A stretch of 64,000 nt of DNA from Gammaproteobacteria bacterium (GTDB lineage: Bacteria; Pseudomonadota; Gammaproteobacteria; UWMA-0217), in NCBI GenBank assembly GCA_027081275.1, contig JALWKV010000046.1, positions 2,315 to 66,314 of the forward strand, given 5' to 3'. Positions 1 to 9,342 of the stretch are shown in pieces. Within the stretch, counting starts at the first letter, position 1, and every line of letters begins with the position of its first letter. A program made the position numbers and the translations under genes. The notes beneath the pieces were generated by a model. It did not search any database. It was not told the DNA's origin and saw only the letters and a program-made list of their open reading frames with translations.

Positions 1-1
1 G

Positions 2-505
2 CCCTTCATCCGGCAAGCAGGTGAAGCGCTCGGGCTGGATGTCGCCTCGGAGAGCGCGCTGGCCGCCGGCCTGGTCATGGGCATCATGCTCATCCCCTTC
101 ATATCCTCGCTGTCCGACGATGCCCTGTCGGCCGTGCCGCGGGCAATGCGCGACGGTTCGCTAGGGCTCGGCGCCACCCGCTCCGAAACCATCCGCAAGG
201 TGCTGATTCCGGCCGCCCTGCCGGGCATCGTCGGCGGCATTCTGCTGGCGGCCTCGCGCGCTATCGGCGAGACGATGATCGTCGTCATGGCCGCCGGCCT
301 GTCGGCCAACCTCACCATCAACCCGCTGGAGGCCGTCACCACGGTCACCGTCCAGATCGTCACGCTGCTGACCGGCGACCAGGAATTCGACAGCCCGAAA
401 ACCTTGGCGGCCTTCGCGCTGGGGCTGGGCCTGTTCGTCATCACCCTGCTGCTGAACATCGTCGCACTGAAGGTCATCCGCAGATACCGGGAGCAATACG
501 AATGA
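2..505 (+). CDS. pstC: Phosphate ABC transporter permease PstC (5'-truncated by window edge)
   Basis: EAA-like loop (SLGLGATRSETIRKV), SRAIGETM motif; first gene of pst operon. Confidence 0.93.
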   Translation, partial: PFIRQAGEALGLDVASESALAAGLVMGIMLIPFISSLSDDALSAVPRAMRDGSLGLGATRSETIRKVLIPAALPGIVGGILLAASRAIGETMIVVMAAGLSANLTINPLEAVTTVTVQIVTLLTGDQEFDSPKTLAAFALGLGLFVITLLLNIVALKVIRRYREQYE

Positions 506-1782
506 CAGCCACCAGAGATCGCATCGAAGCCACGCTGCGTAAACGCTACCGACGGGAAAGGCTGTTCCGCTTTTTTGGTCTCGTCTCGCTGGGGATCAGC
601 TTTCTGTTTCTGCTGATTCTGCTGTTCACCATTTTCCGCACCGGCCTGCCGGCCTTTCAGCAGACCTGGATCAAGATCGATGTCGATCTCGATCCGGCCG
701 TGCTCGGCGTGGACCGGCACGCCTCGCAGGACGAACTGTTTGGCGCCAACTACGCCAAGGCGATCAAGGTCAGTCTGAGAAAAATATTTCCCGACGCCAA
801 GGGGCGCAAAAAGAAACGGGGGCTGAAAAATCTGGTGAGCAATTCGGCGCCGTGGCAGTTACGCGATGCCGTCATGAAACATCCGGACCTGATCGGCACG
901 ACGCACGCCTTCTGGTTTCTCGCCAAGGACGAAGTCGATGTCTTCATGAAGGGGCGGATCGACCGCAATCTGCCGGAGTCCGACCGCCGCCTCAAGGATT
1001 TCCAGCTCGCCTGGATCGACAAGCTGCTGGCGGAGGGGCGACTGGAAAAACGCTTCAATACCACGCTGTTCACCGCTGGCGACTCGCGCGAGCCGGAACA
1101 GGCCGGCGTTGCCGGCGCCATCATGGGCTCGTTCTTCACCATGCTGGTGACGCTGCTGCTCTCCTTCCCCATCGGCGTGGCGGCGGCGGCCTATCTGGAG
1201 GAATTCGCACCGCAGAACAACCGCTGGGTGGATTTCATCGAGGTCAACATCAACAACCTCGCTGCCGTGCCGTCGATCATCTTCGGCCTGCTGGGGCTCG
1301 CGGTCTTCATCAATTTCTTCGGCGTGCCACGCTCGACGCCGCTGGTTGGCGGCTTGGTGCTGACGCTGATGACGCTGCCGACGATCATCATCGCCAGTCG
1401 CGCCGCCATCAAGTCGGTGCCGCCGTCGATCAAGCAGGCCGCCATCGGACTCGGCGCCTCGCCAGTGCAGACCCTGTTCCATCACACCCTGCCGCTGGCC
1501 ATGCCGGGCATTCTCACCGGCACCATCATCGGCATGGCCCAGGCGCTCGGCGAAACCGCGCCGCTGCTGATGATCGGCATGGTGGCCTTCGTCGTCGACA
1601 TCCCGCACGGCATTCTCGATCCGGCAACGGTAATGCCGGTGCAGGTCTATCTCTGGTCGGACAGCCCGGAGCGGGCCTTCGTCGAGCGCACGTCCGCCGC
1701 GATCATCATCCTGCTGGGATTTCTGGTCGTGATGAACTCGGCGGCGATCCTGCTGCGGCGGCGGTTCGAGCGAAAATGGTAG
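502..1782 (+). CDS. pstA: Phosphate ABC transporter permease PstA
   Basis: [14 protein letters not shown] and ALGETAPL motifs; ATGA overlap with pstC. Confidence 0.95.
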   Translation: MTATRDRIEATLRKRYRRERLFRFFGLVSLGISFLFLLILLFTIFRTGLPAFQQTWIKIDVDLDPAVLGVDRHASQDELFGANYAKAIKVSLRKIFPDAKGRKKKRGLKNLVSNSAPWQLRDAVMKHPDLIGTTHAFWFLAKDEVDVFMKGRIDRNLPESDRRLKDFQLAWIDKLLAEGRLEKRFNTTLFTAGDSREPEQAGVAGAIMGSFFTMLVTLLLSFPIGVAAAAYLEEFAPQNNRWVDFIEVNINNLAAVPSIIFGLLGLAVFINFFGVPRSTPLVGGLVLTLMTLPTIIIASRAAIKSVPPSIKQAAIGLGASPVQTLFHHTLPLAMPGILTGTIIGMAQALGETAPLLMIGMVAFVVDIPHGILDPATVMPVQVYLWSDSPERAFVERTSAAIIILLGFLVVMNSAAILLRRRFERKW

Positions 1783-1819
1783 GCTTCCGATTCAACCTTC
1801 AGACCATGCGAGCATCCTC

Positions 1820-2710
1820 ATGACAGACGTACTCCCCACGATGCCCGGACTTCCCACCGGTGAGACGGTCGTGGACGACACCCCGCCGATGACGGAAACG
1901 CGCGAAGAATTCGACGTAGAGATCAAGGGCACCGTCGGCGCACCCTTCGTCGATGACCCGAAGATGAGCGCGCGCCACAGCAACGTCTTCTACGGCGAGA
2001 AACAGGCGATCTTCGATGTCAGCCTCGACATCGGCAGAAACGAGATCATCGCCATGATCGGCCCTTCCGGTTGCGGCAAATCGACCTTTCTGCGAACGCT
2101 CAACCGAATGAACGACACGATTCCGATATGTCGGGTCGAGGGTGAGCACTGTCTCGATGGCGAAGACATCTACGCGCCCGACCAGGATCCGGTGCTGCTG
2201 CGGGCGCGGGTCGGCATGGTGTTCCAGAAGCCCAACCCCTTTCCCAAGTCGATCTACGACAATGTCGCCTACGGACCGCGCCTGCACGGCCTGGCGCGCA
2301 CGCGCGCCGAACTCGACGAGATCGTGGAGAAAAGTCTCGTGCGCGCCGGGCTGTTCAACGAAGTGAAGGACGATCTGCACAAACCCGGCACCGGCCTCTC
2401 CGGCGGACAGCAGCAGCGGCTCTGCATCGCGCGTGCCATCGCCGTCGATCCGGAGGTGATTCTGATGGACGAGCCGACCTCCGCGCTCGACCCGATCGCC
2501 ACCGCCACCATCGAGGAGCTGATGGACGAGCTGAAAAGCCGCTACACCATCGCCGTGGTCACCCATTCGATGCAGCAGGCCGCACGCGTTTCCCAGCGCA
2601 CCGCCTATTTCCACATGGGCAAGCTGGTCGAGGTCAATCCCACCAACCAGGTCTTTACCACGCCGCAGCACCAGCTGACGGAAAATTACATTACAGGCAG
2701 ATTCGGGTAA
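1820..2710 (+). CDS. pstB: Phosphate ABC transporter ATPase PstB
   Basis: Walker [29 protein letters not shown]-terminal YITGRFG. Confidence 0.97.
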   Translation: MTDVLPTMPGLPTGETVVDDTPPMTETREEFDVEIKGTVGAPFVDDPKMSARHSNVFYGEKQAIFDVSLDIGRNEIIAMIGPSGCGKSTFLRTLNRMNDTIPICRVEGEHCLDGEDIYAPDQDPVLLRARVGMVFQKPNPFPKSIYDNVAYGPRLHGLARTRAELDEIVEKSLVRAGLFNEVKDDLHKPGTGLSGGQQQRLCIARAIAVDPEVILMDEPTSALDPIATATIEELMDELKSRYTIAVVTHSMQQAARVSQRTAYFHMGKLVEVNPTNQVFTTPQHQLTENYITGRFG

Positions 2711-2715
2711 CAGTC

Positions 2716-3429
2716 ATGGAAATCGGACATCACATATCGCAGCGCTACAACCAGGAGCTGGAAGAGATTCGCACCCACGTGCTGAAAATGGGGGCGCTGG
2801 TCGAGTCGCAGGCCGAAAACGCCGTCAAGGCGCTGCTGGAACGGGACGGCAAGCTGGCAAAAAAGGTCGCCTCGTCGGACTACATGGTCAACCGGATGGA
2901 GGTGGAAATCGACGAGGAGTGCACCCAGGTGCTGGCGCGCCGGCAACCGGCCGCGTCGGATCTGCGGCTGATCATCGCCGTCATCAAGGTCATTACCGAT
3001 CTGGAGCGCATCGGCGACGAGGCGGAAAAAATCGGCCGCTATTCCCGCAAGCTGGCGAAGAAACCGCCCATCACCGGGATGCACGCCACACTGTCCCATC
3101 TCGGCGAACTCGTCCTCGGCATGCTCCACCAGGCCCTCGACGCCTTCGCCAGAATGGATACCGAACAGGCATTGTCGGTCATTACCGGCAGCAACAACAT
3201 CAACGATGAATTCGATGATCTGTCGCGCCTGCTGATCACCTACATGATGGAAGACCCCCACAATATCAAGCAGGCGTTGCGGGTCATCTGGTGCGCCCGC
3301 GCGCTGGAGCGCATCGGCGACCACTCGCGGAACATCTGCGAATACGTCATTTTTCTGGTCAGGGGCAAGGACATCCGGCATACCGATCTTCAGGAAATCC
3401 TGGACGAAATTCCTGACGACGCCGACTGA
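2716..3429 (+). CDS. phoU: Phosphate signalling protein PhoU
   Basis: RQPAASDLR, DLERIGD, LERIGDH repeats. Confidence 0.96.
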   Translation: MEIGHHISQRYNQELEEIRTHVLKMGALVESQAENAVKALLERDGKLAKKVASSDYMVNRMEVEIDEECTQVLARRQPAASDLRLIIAVIKVITDLERIGDEAEKIGRYSRKLAKKPPITGMHATLSHLGELVLGMLHQALDAFARMDTEQALSVITGSNNINDEFDDLSRLLITYMMEDPHNIKQALRVIWCARALERIGDHSRNICEYVIFLVRGKDIRHTDLQEILDEIPDDAD

Positions 3430-3437
3430 CTGCGCCC

Positions 3438-4130
3438 ATGTTCACGATTCTGATCGTCGAGGACGATGCCGCCATCCGCGAGATGCTGCGCAGTTTCCTC
3501 ACGAACAATCGATATCACGTCATCGAAGCTGAAAATGCACGACAGGCTTTGGACAGTCTGTCCGAGCGCAATCCCGATCTGATTCTTCTCGACTGGATGC
3601 TGCCGGACATGAGCGGCCCGGAAATGCTCCGGTCGCTGCGCAACAATCCCGTGCACAAGGATCTGCCCGTCATCATGCTGACCGCGCGCGCCGAGGAGGA
3701 GGACAAGATCGAGGGGCTGGAATCGGGCTCCGACGACTATCTCACCAAACCCTTTTCGATGCAGGAGCTGGCCGCGCGCATCAAGGCGCTGCTGCGTCGC
3801 AGCCATCGACTCGATAATGATCTGCGCCTTCAGGTCGGCCCGCTGTCGCTAGACCCCGGCAAACGCGAGTTCGCCATTCACGGCAAGCCCATCTCCATCG
3901 GCCCGACGGAATATCGTCTTGTCCATTACCTGATGCGCACCGCCGGGCGTCTGCACAGCCGCTCCCAACTGCTCGACCAGGTCTGGGGTCAGGGCAGCTT
4001 TATCGAGGAGCGGACCGTCGATGTCCATATCCTGCGTCTGCGCAAATTGCTGAAGAAACACGGCGCGGCGGACATGGTGGAGACGGTTCGCGGCGCCGGC
4101 TATCGCCTGCGGGAGCCCGGAAATGGATAG
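3438..4130 (+). CDS. phoB: Response regulator PhoB
   Basis: Receiver domain (LLDWMLP) plus winged helix (RTVDVHILRLR, ETVRGAGY); context. Confidence 0.93.
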   Translation: MFTILIVEDDAAIREMLRSFLTNNRYHVIEAENARQALDSLSERNPDLILLDWMLPDMSGPEMLRSLRNNPVHKDLPVIMLTARAEEEDKIEGLESGSDDYLTKPFSMQELAARIKALLRRSHRLDNDLRLQVGPLSLDPGKREFAIHGKPISIGPTEYRLVHYLMRTAGRLHSRSQLLDQVWGQGSFIEERTVDVHILRLRKLLKKHGAADMVETVRGAGYRLREPGNG

Positions 4131-5397
4131 TGTCGAACGCTGGCGCATCGGGCTCGTTCTGTTTCTCGCCGCCACCGGGGGACTGATCACCGACTATTGG
4201 CTCGCAAGCCTGACCGTGGCGCTGGCCGGTTACGCTGGCTGGCTGCTGTTCAAGCAGCAACAGCTCTACGACTGGCTGGCGGCGGGCGCGTCTCCCGACA
4301 ATCCTCCCGATTGCAATGGCATCTGGGAGCGCATCACCTATCAGATTCTGACGATGCAGAAAAAAAGCGAAAAACGCAAGAAGGCCATGAGCCGCCTGCT
4401 GCGCCGCTCCCAAGGCATCGTCAGCGCCCTGCCCTACGCCGCCGTGCTGCTGAACAAGCGCAACGAGATCGAATGGGCCAACAAGGTGGCGGGGCAATGG
4501 CTCAATATCAAGGCCAAACGCGATCAGGGGCAACGGCTGGAAAATCTGCTGCGCGTTCCCGAAGTCTATGTCCTGCTGGAGAATCGCTCACGAGATGAAA
4601 TCGAAATCATCTTTCCACCCGGCGGGTCGCGTCAGCTTGCGATCCAGATCATGCCAATCAAGAAGGGTCCGAAGCTGCTGATCGCCCGCGACATCACCGA
4701 AGCCACGCAGATTCGGCAGCTGCGACGCAGCTTCATCGCCAACGCCTCGCATGAGTTGCGCACGCCGCTCACCGTGGTCAGCGGCTATCTCGAAATGCTT
4801 CACCATGACGAGACGCTGCCAGAAACACTGATACCGGCGGTCGCTGCCGCCGAGCAGCAGGCGCAGCAGATGCAGCGCATCATCGAGGATCTACTGACGC
4901 TGTCGCGACTGGAAAGCTCCAGTATCGACGCAGGCGACCTGGAGGTCATCGACATGACCGAGCTGATCGAGCACCACTGCCTCGACACCGCCCGCCAGCT
5001 CGGCGGCGAGACCCACCAGATCGAGAGTCATGTCGACGCCGGCCTGACGATTCGCGGCATTCCGGCAGAGATCATCAGCGTCTGCACCAACCTCGTCAGC
5101 AACGCCATCCGCCACACCCCACCGGGCACGACGGTACGCATCGAACTGAAACAGCACACGGACAGGATGACCTGCCTCAGCGTCAGCGACAACGGCCCCG
5201 GCATCCCGGCCAGGCACATTCCCCATCTCACGGAGCGTTTCTACCGCGTCGACAAGGGCAGATCCCGTGAAACAGGCGGCACCGGCCTGGGCCTCGCCAT
5301 CGTCCAGCATATCGTCAACCGGCATGACGGCAGGCTGACGATCGAAAGCGAACCCGGCCAGGGCACGACCTTTCGGGCCTGTTTTCCCTGCTGCTGA
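4123..5397 (+). CDS. phoR: Sensor histidine kinase PhoR
   Basis: ANASHELRTPLT H-box, ERFYRVDKGRSRETGGTGLGLAI. Confidence 0.94.
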   Translation: MDSVERWRIGLVLFLAATGGLITDYWLASLTVALAGYAGWLLFKQQQLYDWLAAGASPDNPPDCNGIWERITYQILTMQKKSEKRKKAMSRLLRRSQGIVSALPYAAVLLNKRNEIEWANKVAGQWLNIKAKRDQGQRLENLLRVPEVYVLLENRSRDEIEIIFPPGGSRQLAIQIMPIKKGPKLLIARDITEATQIRQLRRSFIANASHELRTPLTVVSGYLEMLHHDETLPETLIPAVAAAEQQAQQMQRIIEDLLTLSRLESSSIDAGDLEVIDMTELIEHHCLDTARQLGGETHQIESHVDAGLTIRGIPAEIISVCTNLVSNAIRHTPPGTTVRIELKQHTDRMTCLSVSDNGPGIPARHIPHLTERFYRVDKGRSRETGGTGLGLAIVQHIVNRHDGRLTIESEPGQGTTFRACFPCC

Positions 5398-5408
5398 CGG
5401 CCCTCGCC

Positions 5409-7046
5409 TCAGAAAGGCGCCGGCGCATGGAACGACAGTTCGCGCCCCGTCACCGGATGGCGGATTTCCAGCGCCTCGGCATGCAGCATCATTCTCGGCG
5501 CGGGCACCGTGCCGTAGAGCTCGTCACCAATGATCGGCAAGCCGAGTCCGGCCGGATGGGCGACATGAACGCGCAGCTGGTGGGTGCGACCGGTCAGCGG
5601 AAAGAGATGCAGGCGGCTGCGATCACCCTCGCGCGCCACCACGCGCCAGCGCGTCGTGGCCGGCTTGCCATGCCGATGGCAGACCAGCTGGCGTGGCCGA
5701 TCATCGAGATCGACCCGCAGCGGCAGCTCGATGACGCCCTCCTCCGCCTCCGGTTCGCCGGCTACGATCGCCACATAGCGCTTGCGCACGCTGCGTTCGA
5801 GGAACTGGCGTTGCAGCCGCTTGTGAACTTCTGGTGTCAGCGCCGCCAGCAGCAGGCCGGAGGTGCCGAGATCGAGGCGGTGTACCAGCAGCGGACCACT
5901 CGCCTTCGGAAAACGGCGACGCAGCCGCATCAATACCGAATCTGCCACCGCCTTGCCAGGCACCGAGAGCAAGCCGGCCGGCTTGTCGATGACGAGCAGA
6001 TGATCGTCGCGATAGACGATATCGAGCGCATCCTCCTCCGCCAGCAGAAAGGGGCCGGGTTCGGGCGCCAGTTCGACGCCCCGCAGCATGAACGGCAGGA
6101 TCGGCCGACACTTTCCGCGACAGGCCGGATAGAAGCGTCCATGATGGCGCACGCCGGAGTCGGGCGGACGGCCCCACCAGAACTCCGCCATGGCGAGCGG
6201 CGTCATGCCGTGCGTGACGGCATGGTGGATCAGCTTTGGCCCGGCGCAGTCGCCGGCGCCGCCGGGCGCCAGTGCATCGGGAAAAAGCGCTTTCAACGGC
6301 TTCGTTTCGCCCAGCAGATTGGCCAGCCGGTAACCGTCGAAGACGCGCTGCTGCAGCGATTGCGACAACTCCCGTCGCACCCGTTCGAGCGCCGTGATCT
6401 CGGCTTCGAGCGCTTCGACCTGCTGCCGCAGTGCGTCGATGCGACCATCCCACTGTCGCCGCAGCGCCTTCCTCTCGCGCTTGTCCCGCTGGCTCTGCCG
6501 CTCGAGCGCGGCCAGCGCCGCTGCCCTGTCGGCTCGATCCATCACCGTTGCGAGTCGCTCCCGCTCTCGCCGACGCCGGGCGCGGTTTTCCCGCTGCATC
6601 CGCCGGCAGGCCGCCAGCTCCCGCTCGGCCTGCTTGCGCGCTTCATCGAGCGCCCGTCTCGCGGTGGTCAGCGTGGTACTTTGCCGCAGTGCATCGAGCT
6701 GCCGCGCCAGCGCATCAAGCCGGCGTTCTCCGGCGGCGAGAAAAGCCTGACGCTCCGCGGGATCGAACACCGGAGGCACGAATCCGGGCCACTCCCAGCG
6801 CTCGTCGATCATCCCCGAAAAGCCGGCCAGATAACCCAGCTCGCCGGAGCCGGCGCGCACCACCAGCACGCCGAACATCTTCCCCTCGCGCCTTTCCCAC
6901 TGCGGATAACGCTCCCGGAGAAAGCGCTGCAACAGGGCGGCGGCCTCCCGCGCCAGCGGATGCGGCGTGGCGGCAAAGGGCGAGGGAAAGACCAGTGGCG
7001 GTGGCGGCAGGGAGAGATCCGGCGGAAAACGGTGGAAAGGGCTCAT
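5409..7046 (-). CDS. RluA-family pseudouridine synthase with long N-terminal coiled-coil extension
   Basis: KPAGLLSVPG, VHRLD, TGRTHQLRVH, GDELYG motifs; start placed at ATG 7046. Confidence 0.9.
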   Translation of the reverse strand: MSPFHRFPPDLSLPPPPLVFPSPFAATPHPLAREAAALLQRFLRERYPQWERREGKMFGVLVVRAGSGELGYLAGFSGMIDERWEWPGFVPPVFDPAERQAFLAAGERRLDALARQLDALRQSTTLTTARRALDEARKQAERELAACRRMQRENRARRRRERERLATVMDRADRAAALAALERQSQRDKRERKALRRQWDGRIDALRQQVEALEAEITALERVRRELSQSLQQRVFDGYRLANLLGETKPLKALFPDALAPGGAGDCAGPKLIHHAVTHGMTPLAMAEFWWGRPPDSGVRHHGRFYPACRGKCRPILPFMLRGVELAPEPGPFLLAEEDALDIVYRDDHLLVIDKPAGLLSVPGKAVADSVLMRLRRRFPKASGPLLVHRLDLGTSGLLLAALTPEVHKRLQRQFLERSVRKRYVAIVAGEPEAEEGVIELPLRVDLDDRPRQLVCHRHGKPATTRWRVVAREGDRSRLHLFPLTGRTHQLRVHVAHPAGLGLPIIGDELYGTVPAPRMMLHAEALEIRHPVTGRELSFHAPAPF

Positions 7047-7119
7047 CGATCGGCGGGCGGGGGCAACGGGAAGGTTGGTATGATGGCGCCCCGCCACACC
7101 AATCACAAATGCAACCGCA

Positions 7120-8275
7120 ATGGACAGACTTCAGACAGCAATCGCTCCGTTTCTCGACACGATCTCCGCCGAGCCGTGGCTGCAGACGCTGGTCGTCGTG
7201 GTCGTGACCCTGCTGCTGGCGCGGCTGGCCACGGTGCTCGTGCTTGGCGCGCTACGCTTTCTCGTCGGTCGCACCCGCTCCCGGCTCGATGACGAAATCC
7301 TCGGCGCGCTGGAGACACCGCTGGTCTACACGCTGGTCATGGTCGGACTGCTTGCGGCCGTGGCGATCATGCCGGTGGAGGCGCGGCTCCAGCATATTCT
7401 CAGCGGGTTGCTGCGCAGTATCGGCATCATCGTCTGGGCGCGTTTCCTTATCCGTCTGACCAAGCTGCTGATGACCCGCGCCGCCCGCCGCGCCGGAGAA
7501 AATCAACTGCTGCAAAGCGCCACGCTGCCGCTGTTCGAAAACCTCGCCTTCGTCATCATCGTCGCGCTGGCCGTCTATCTAATCTTCGACACCTGGGGCA
7601 TCGACATGACCGCCTGGCTGGCCTCCGCCGGCATCATCGGTATCGCCGTCGGCTTCGCCGCCAAGGACACGCTGGCCAACCTTTTCTCCGGGGTATTCAT
7701 TTTGATCAAGCGGGTATAACGTGAAAACAAGTGGTTGAGATGCTGGATATCCACTGTTGATTTGTTATGTTCGTTTGATCTTGACGGATATGCCATACAA
7801 GATCGGCGACTACGTCGTGCTCGACTCCGGCGAACGCGGCTGCGTCACCCAAATCGGCATCCGCAGCACCCGCCTGCTGACCCGCGACGACGTGGAGCTG
7901 ACCATCCCCAACTCCATCATGGGCAACTCCAAGATCATCAACCAGTCCGGCGGACCCTACAAGAAATTCCGCATCCGCGTCCCCGTCGGCGCCGCCTACG
8001 GCTCCGACATCGACCAGGTCAAGGCAGTGCTGCTGGCAATCGGCAGGGAAAACGACATGACCTGCGACGAACCCGAACCACGCGTGCGCTTCCGCGCCCT
8101 CGGCGCCTCCAGCCTCGACTTCGAACTGCTCTGCTGGGTGGACGACCCGGCGCTGCGCGGACGCGCCGTCGATGCGCTGCTAAGCACGATCTACAAGCGG
8201 TTCAATGAGGAGGGAATCGAGATTCCTTATAGCAAGCAGGATGTTTATATCAAGGAGATACCGGGGCGGAAATAG
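7120..8275 (+). pseudogene. mscS: Small-conductance mechanosensitive channel (MscS family), interrupted by a 79-nt insertion (ORF halves 7120-7719 and 7757-8275)
   Basis: N-half ends AVGFAAKDTLANLFSGVFIL, C-half resumes TDMPYKIGD...IGIRST...IPNS; removing 79 nt joins them in frame. Confidence 0.9.
7704..7780. mobile_element. 77-bp hairpin element with 17-bp imperfect terminal inverted repeats, flanked by TT on both sides
   Basis: GATCAAGCGGGTATAAC (7704-7720) pairs with GTTATGTTCGTTTGATC (7764-7780); TT at 7702-03 and 7781-82. Confidence 0.75.
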
Positions 8276-8366
8276 TTGTTTGCCGGGTGGGCTTTGCCTG
8301 ATCTGGCCTACACGATGCGCCGTCAGGCAATGACTGCGATAGCAGGCGAGCCGTACCAATTTACCC

Positions 8367-8728
8367 TTCGTCCCGCCCGAGCATCGCAGGCCCGGGCGGA
8401 TCAGGCCCGCAGGGGCAGGCCAGGGATGGCCTGCGTTGGCCGCGCGGATGGACGCGTCGGCCAACCCCCGGTCGGGCCGAGAAGCACAGGAAACAGCAGG
8501 ATGAGCGGGCGGCATTTTTTCGCTCCAGTGGCCGCTCAGCACGGTTGGATTTTGTTTCAGATCAAGGCATTTTCGCGCACAGCGAGGGCGCATACACGCA
8601 GTATGCAACCGAGCGAGCACGAAAATAACGCAGAGATGGAACAAAAGACGACCGTGATGGGCGGTCACTGTCCCTATTTGTTGCCGTTTACAAAAAGGGA
8701 CTCGGCCCCTCGGGAGGGGGCCGAAACC
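8367..8728. repeat. Structured multi-hairpin intergenic element, interrupted by a MITE at 8526-8670
   Basis: Hairpins CAGGCCAGGGATGGCCTG, GTTGGCCG..CGGCCAAC, TCCCTATTTGT..ACAAAAAGGGA, TCGGCCCCT..GGGGGCCGA. Confidence 0.5.
8526..8670 (+). mobile_element. MITE family A, copy 1 (ERIC-like core)
   Basis: TIR CAGTGGCCGCTCA/TGGGCGGTCACTG, flanking TC duplication; near-identical reverse copies at 26487 and 33750. Confidence 0.85.
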
Positions 8729-8790
8729 AGCAGGACGCCTGCCAGGCCCGTGACACGGGCAGAGCGGTAATAAGTGAACAACCGTCCCCC

Positions 8791-9340
8791 CGTCATTCCG
8801 GGCTTAGCGCAACGGAGACCCGGAATCCAGGCCGAGGTACTGGATTCCCGCTTTCGCGGGAATGACGGTGAATCGGTTCGCCGGGCGTGGGAATATGCTG
8901 ACAGGGAGCAGATACCAGCCACTCTGGGCCATCACGCCATTCCGGGCGGAGTGAAACGGAGACCCGGAATCCACGCCGAGGTATTGGATTCCCGCTTTCG
9001 CGGGAATGACGGTGGGTGAATTCTACGGGCGTGGGAATGCGCTAACAGGGAGCAGATACCAGCCACTCTGCGCCATCACGTCATTCCGGGCGGAGTGAAA
9101 CGAAGACCCGGAATCCATGCCGAGGCACTGGATTCCCGCTTTCGCGGGAATGACGGTGGATCGGTTCGCCGTGCGTGTGAATACGATGATAGCGAGCGGA
9201 TACCAGCCCCGCTGCTCCGTCATTCCGGGCGGAGTGAAACAAAGATCCGGAATCCACGCCGAGGTATTGGATTCCCGCTTTCGCGGGAATGACGGAATGG
9301 GGATTCGACTGGCTTGGGAATGCACTGATAGGGGCGGATT
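8791..9340. repeat. Tandem array of four ~140-144-bp units carrying REP/dRS3-like palindromes (ATTCCC-N8-GGGAAT)
   Basis: Units start at 8791, 8935, 9079, 9218; each has ATTCCGG..CCGGAAT and GGATTCCCGCTTTCGCGGGAATGACGG. Confidence 0.92.
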
Positions 9341-9342
9341 CC

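Noticed and set aside
8175..8275. AT-richer codons at the mscS 3' end suggesting a replaced or diversified tail
   Set aside because: No template repeat, reverse transcriptase or duplicated 3' end in the window, and the protein sequence remains MscS-like.
8791..9340. Possible CRISPR array
   Set aside because: The repeat is ~78 bp, the linkers are homologous to each other rather than unique spacers, and no cas genes are present.
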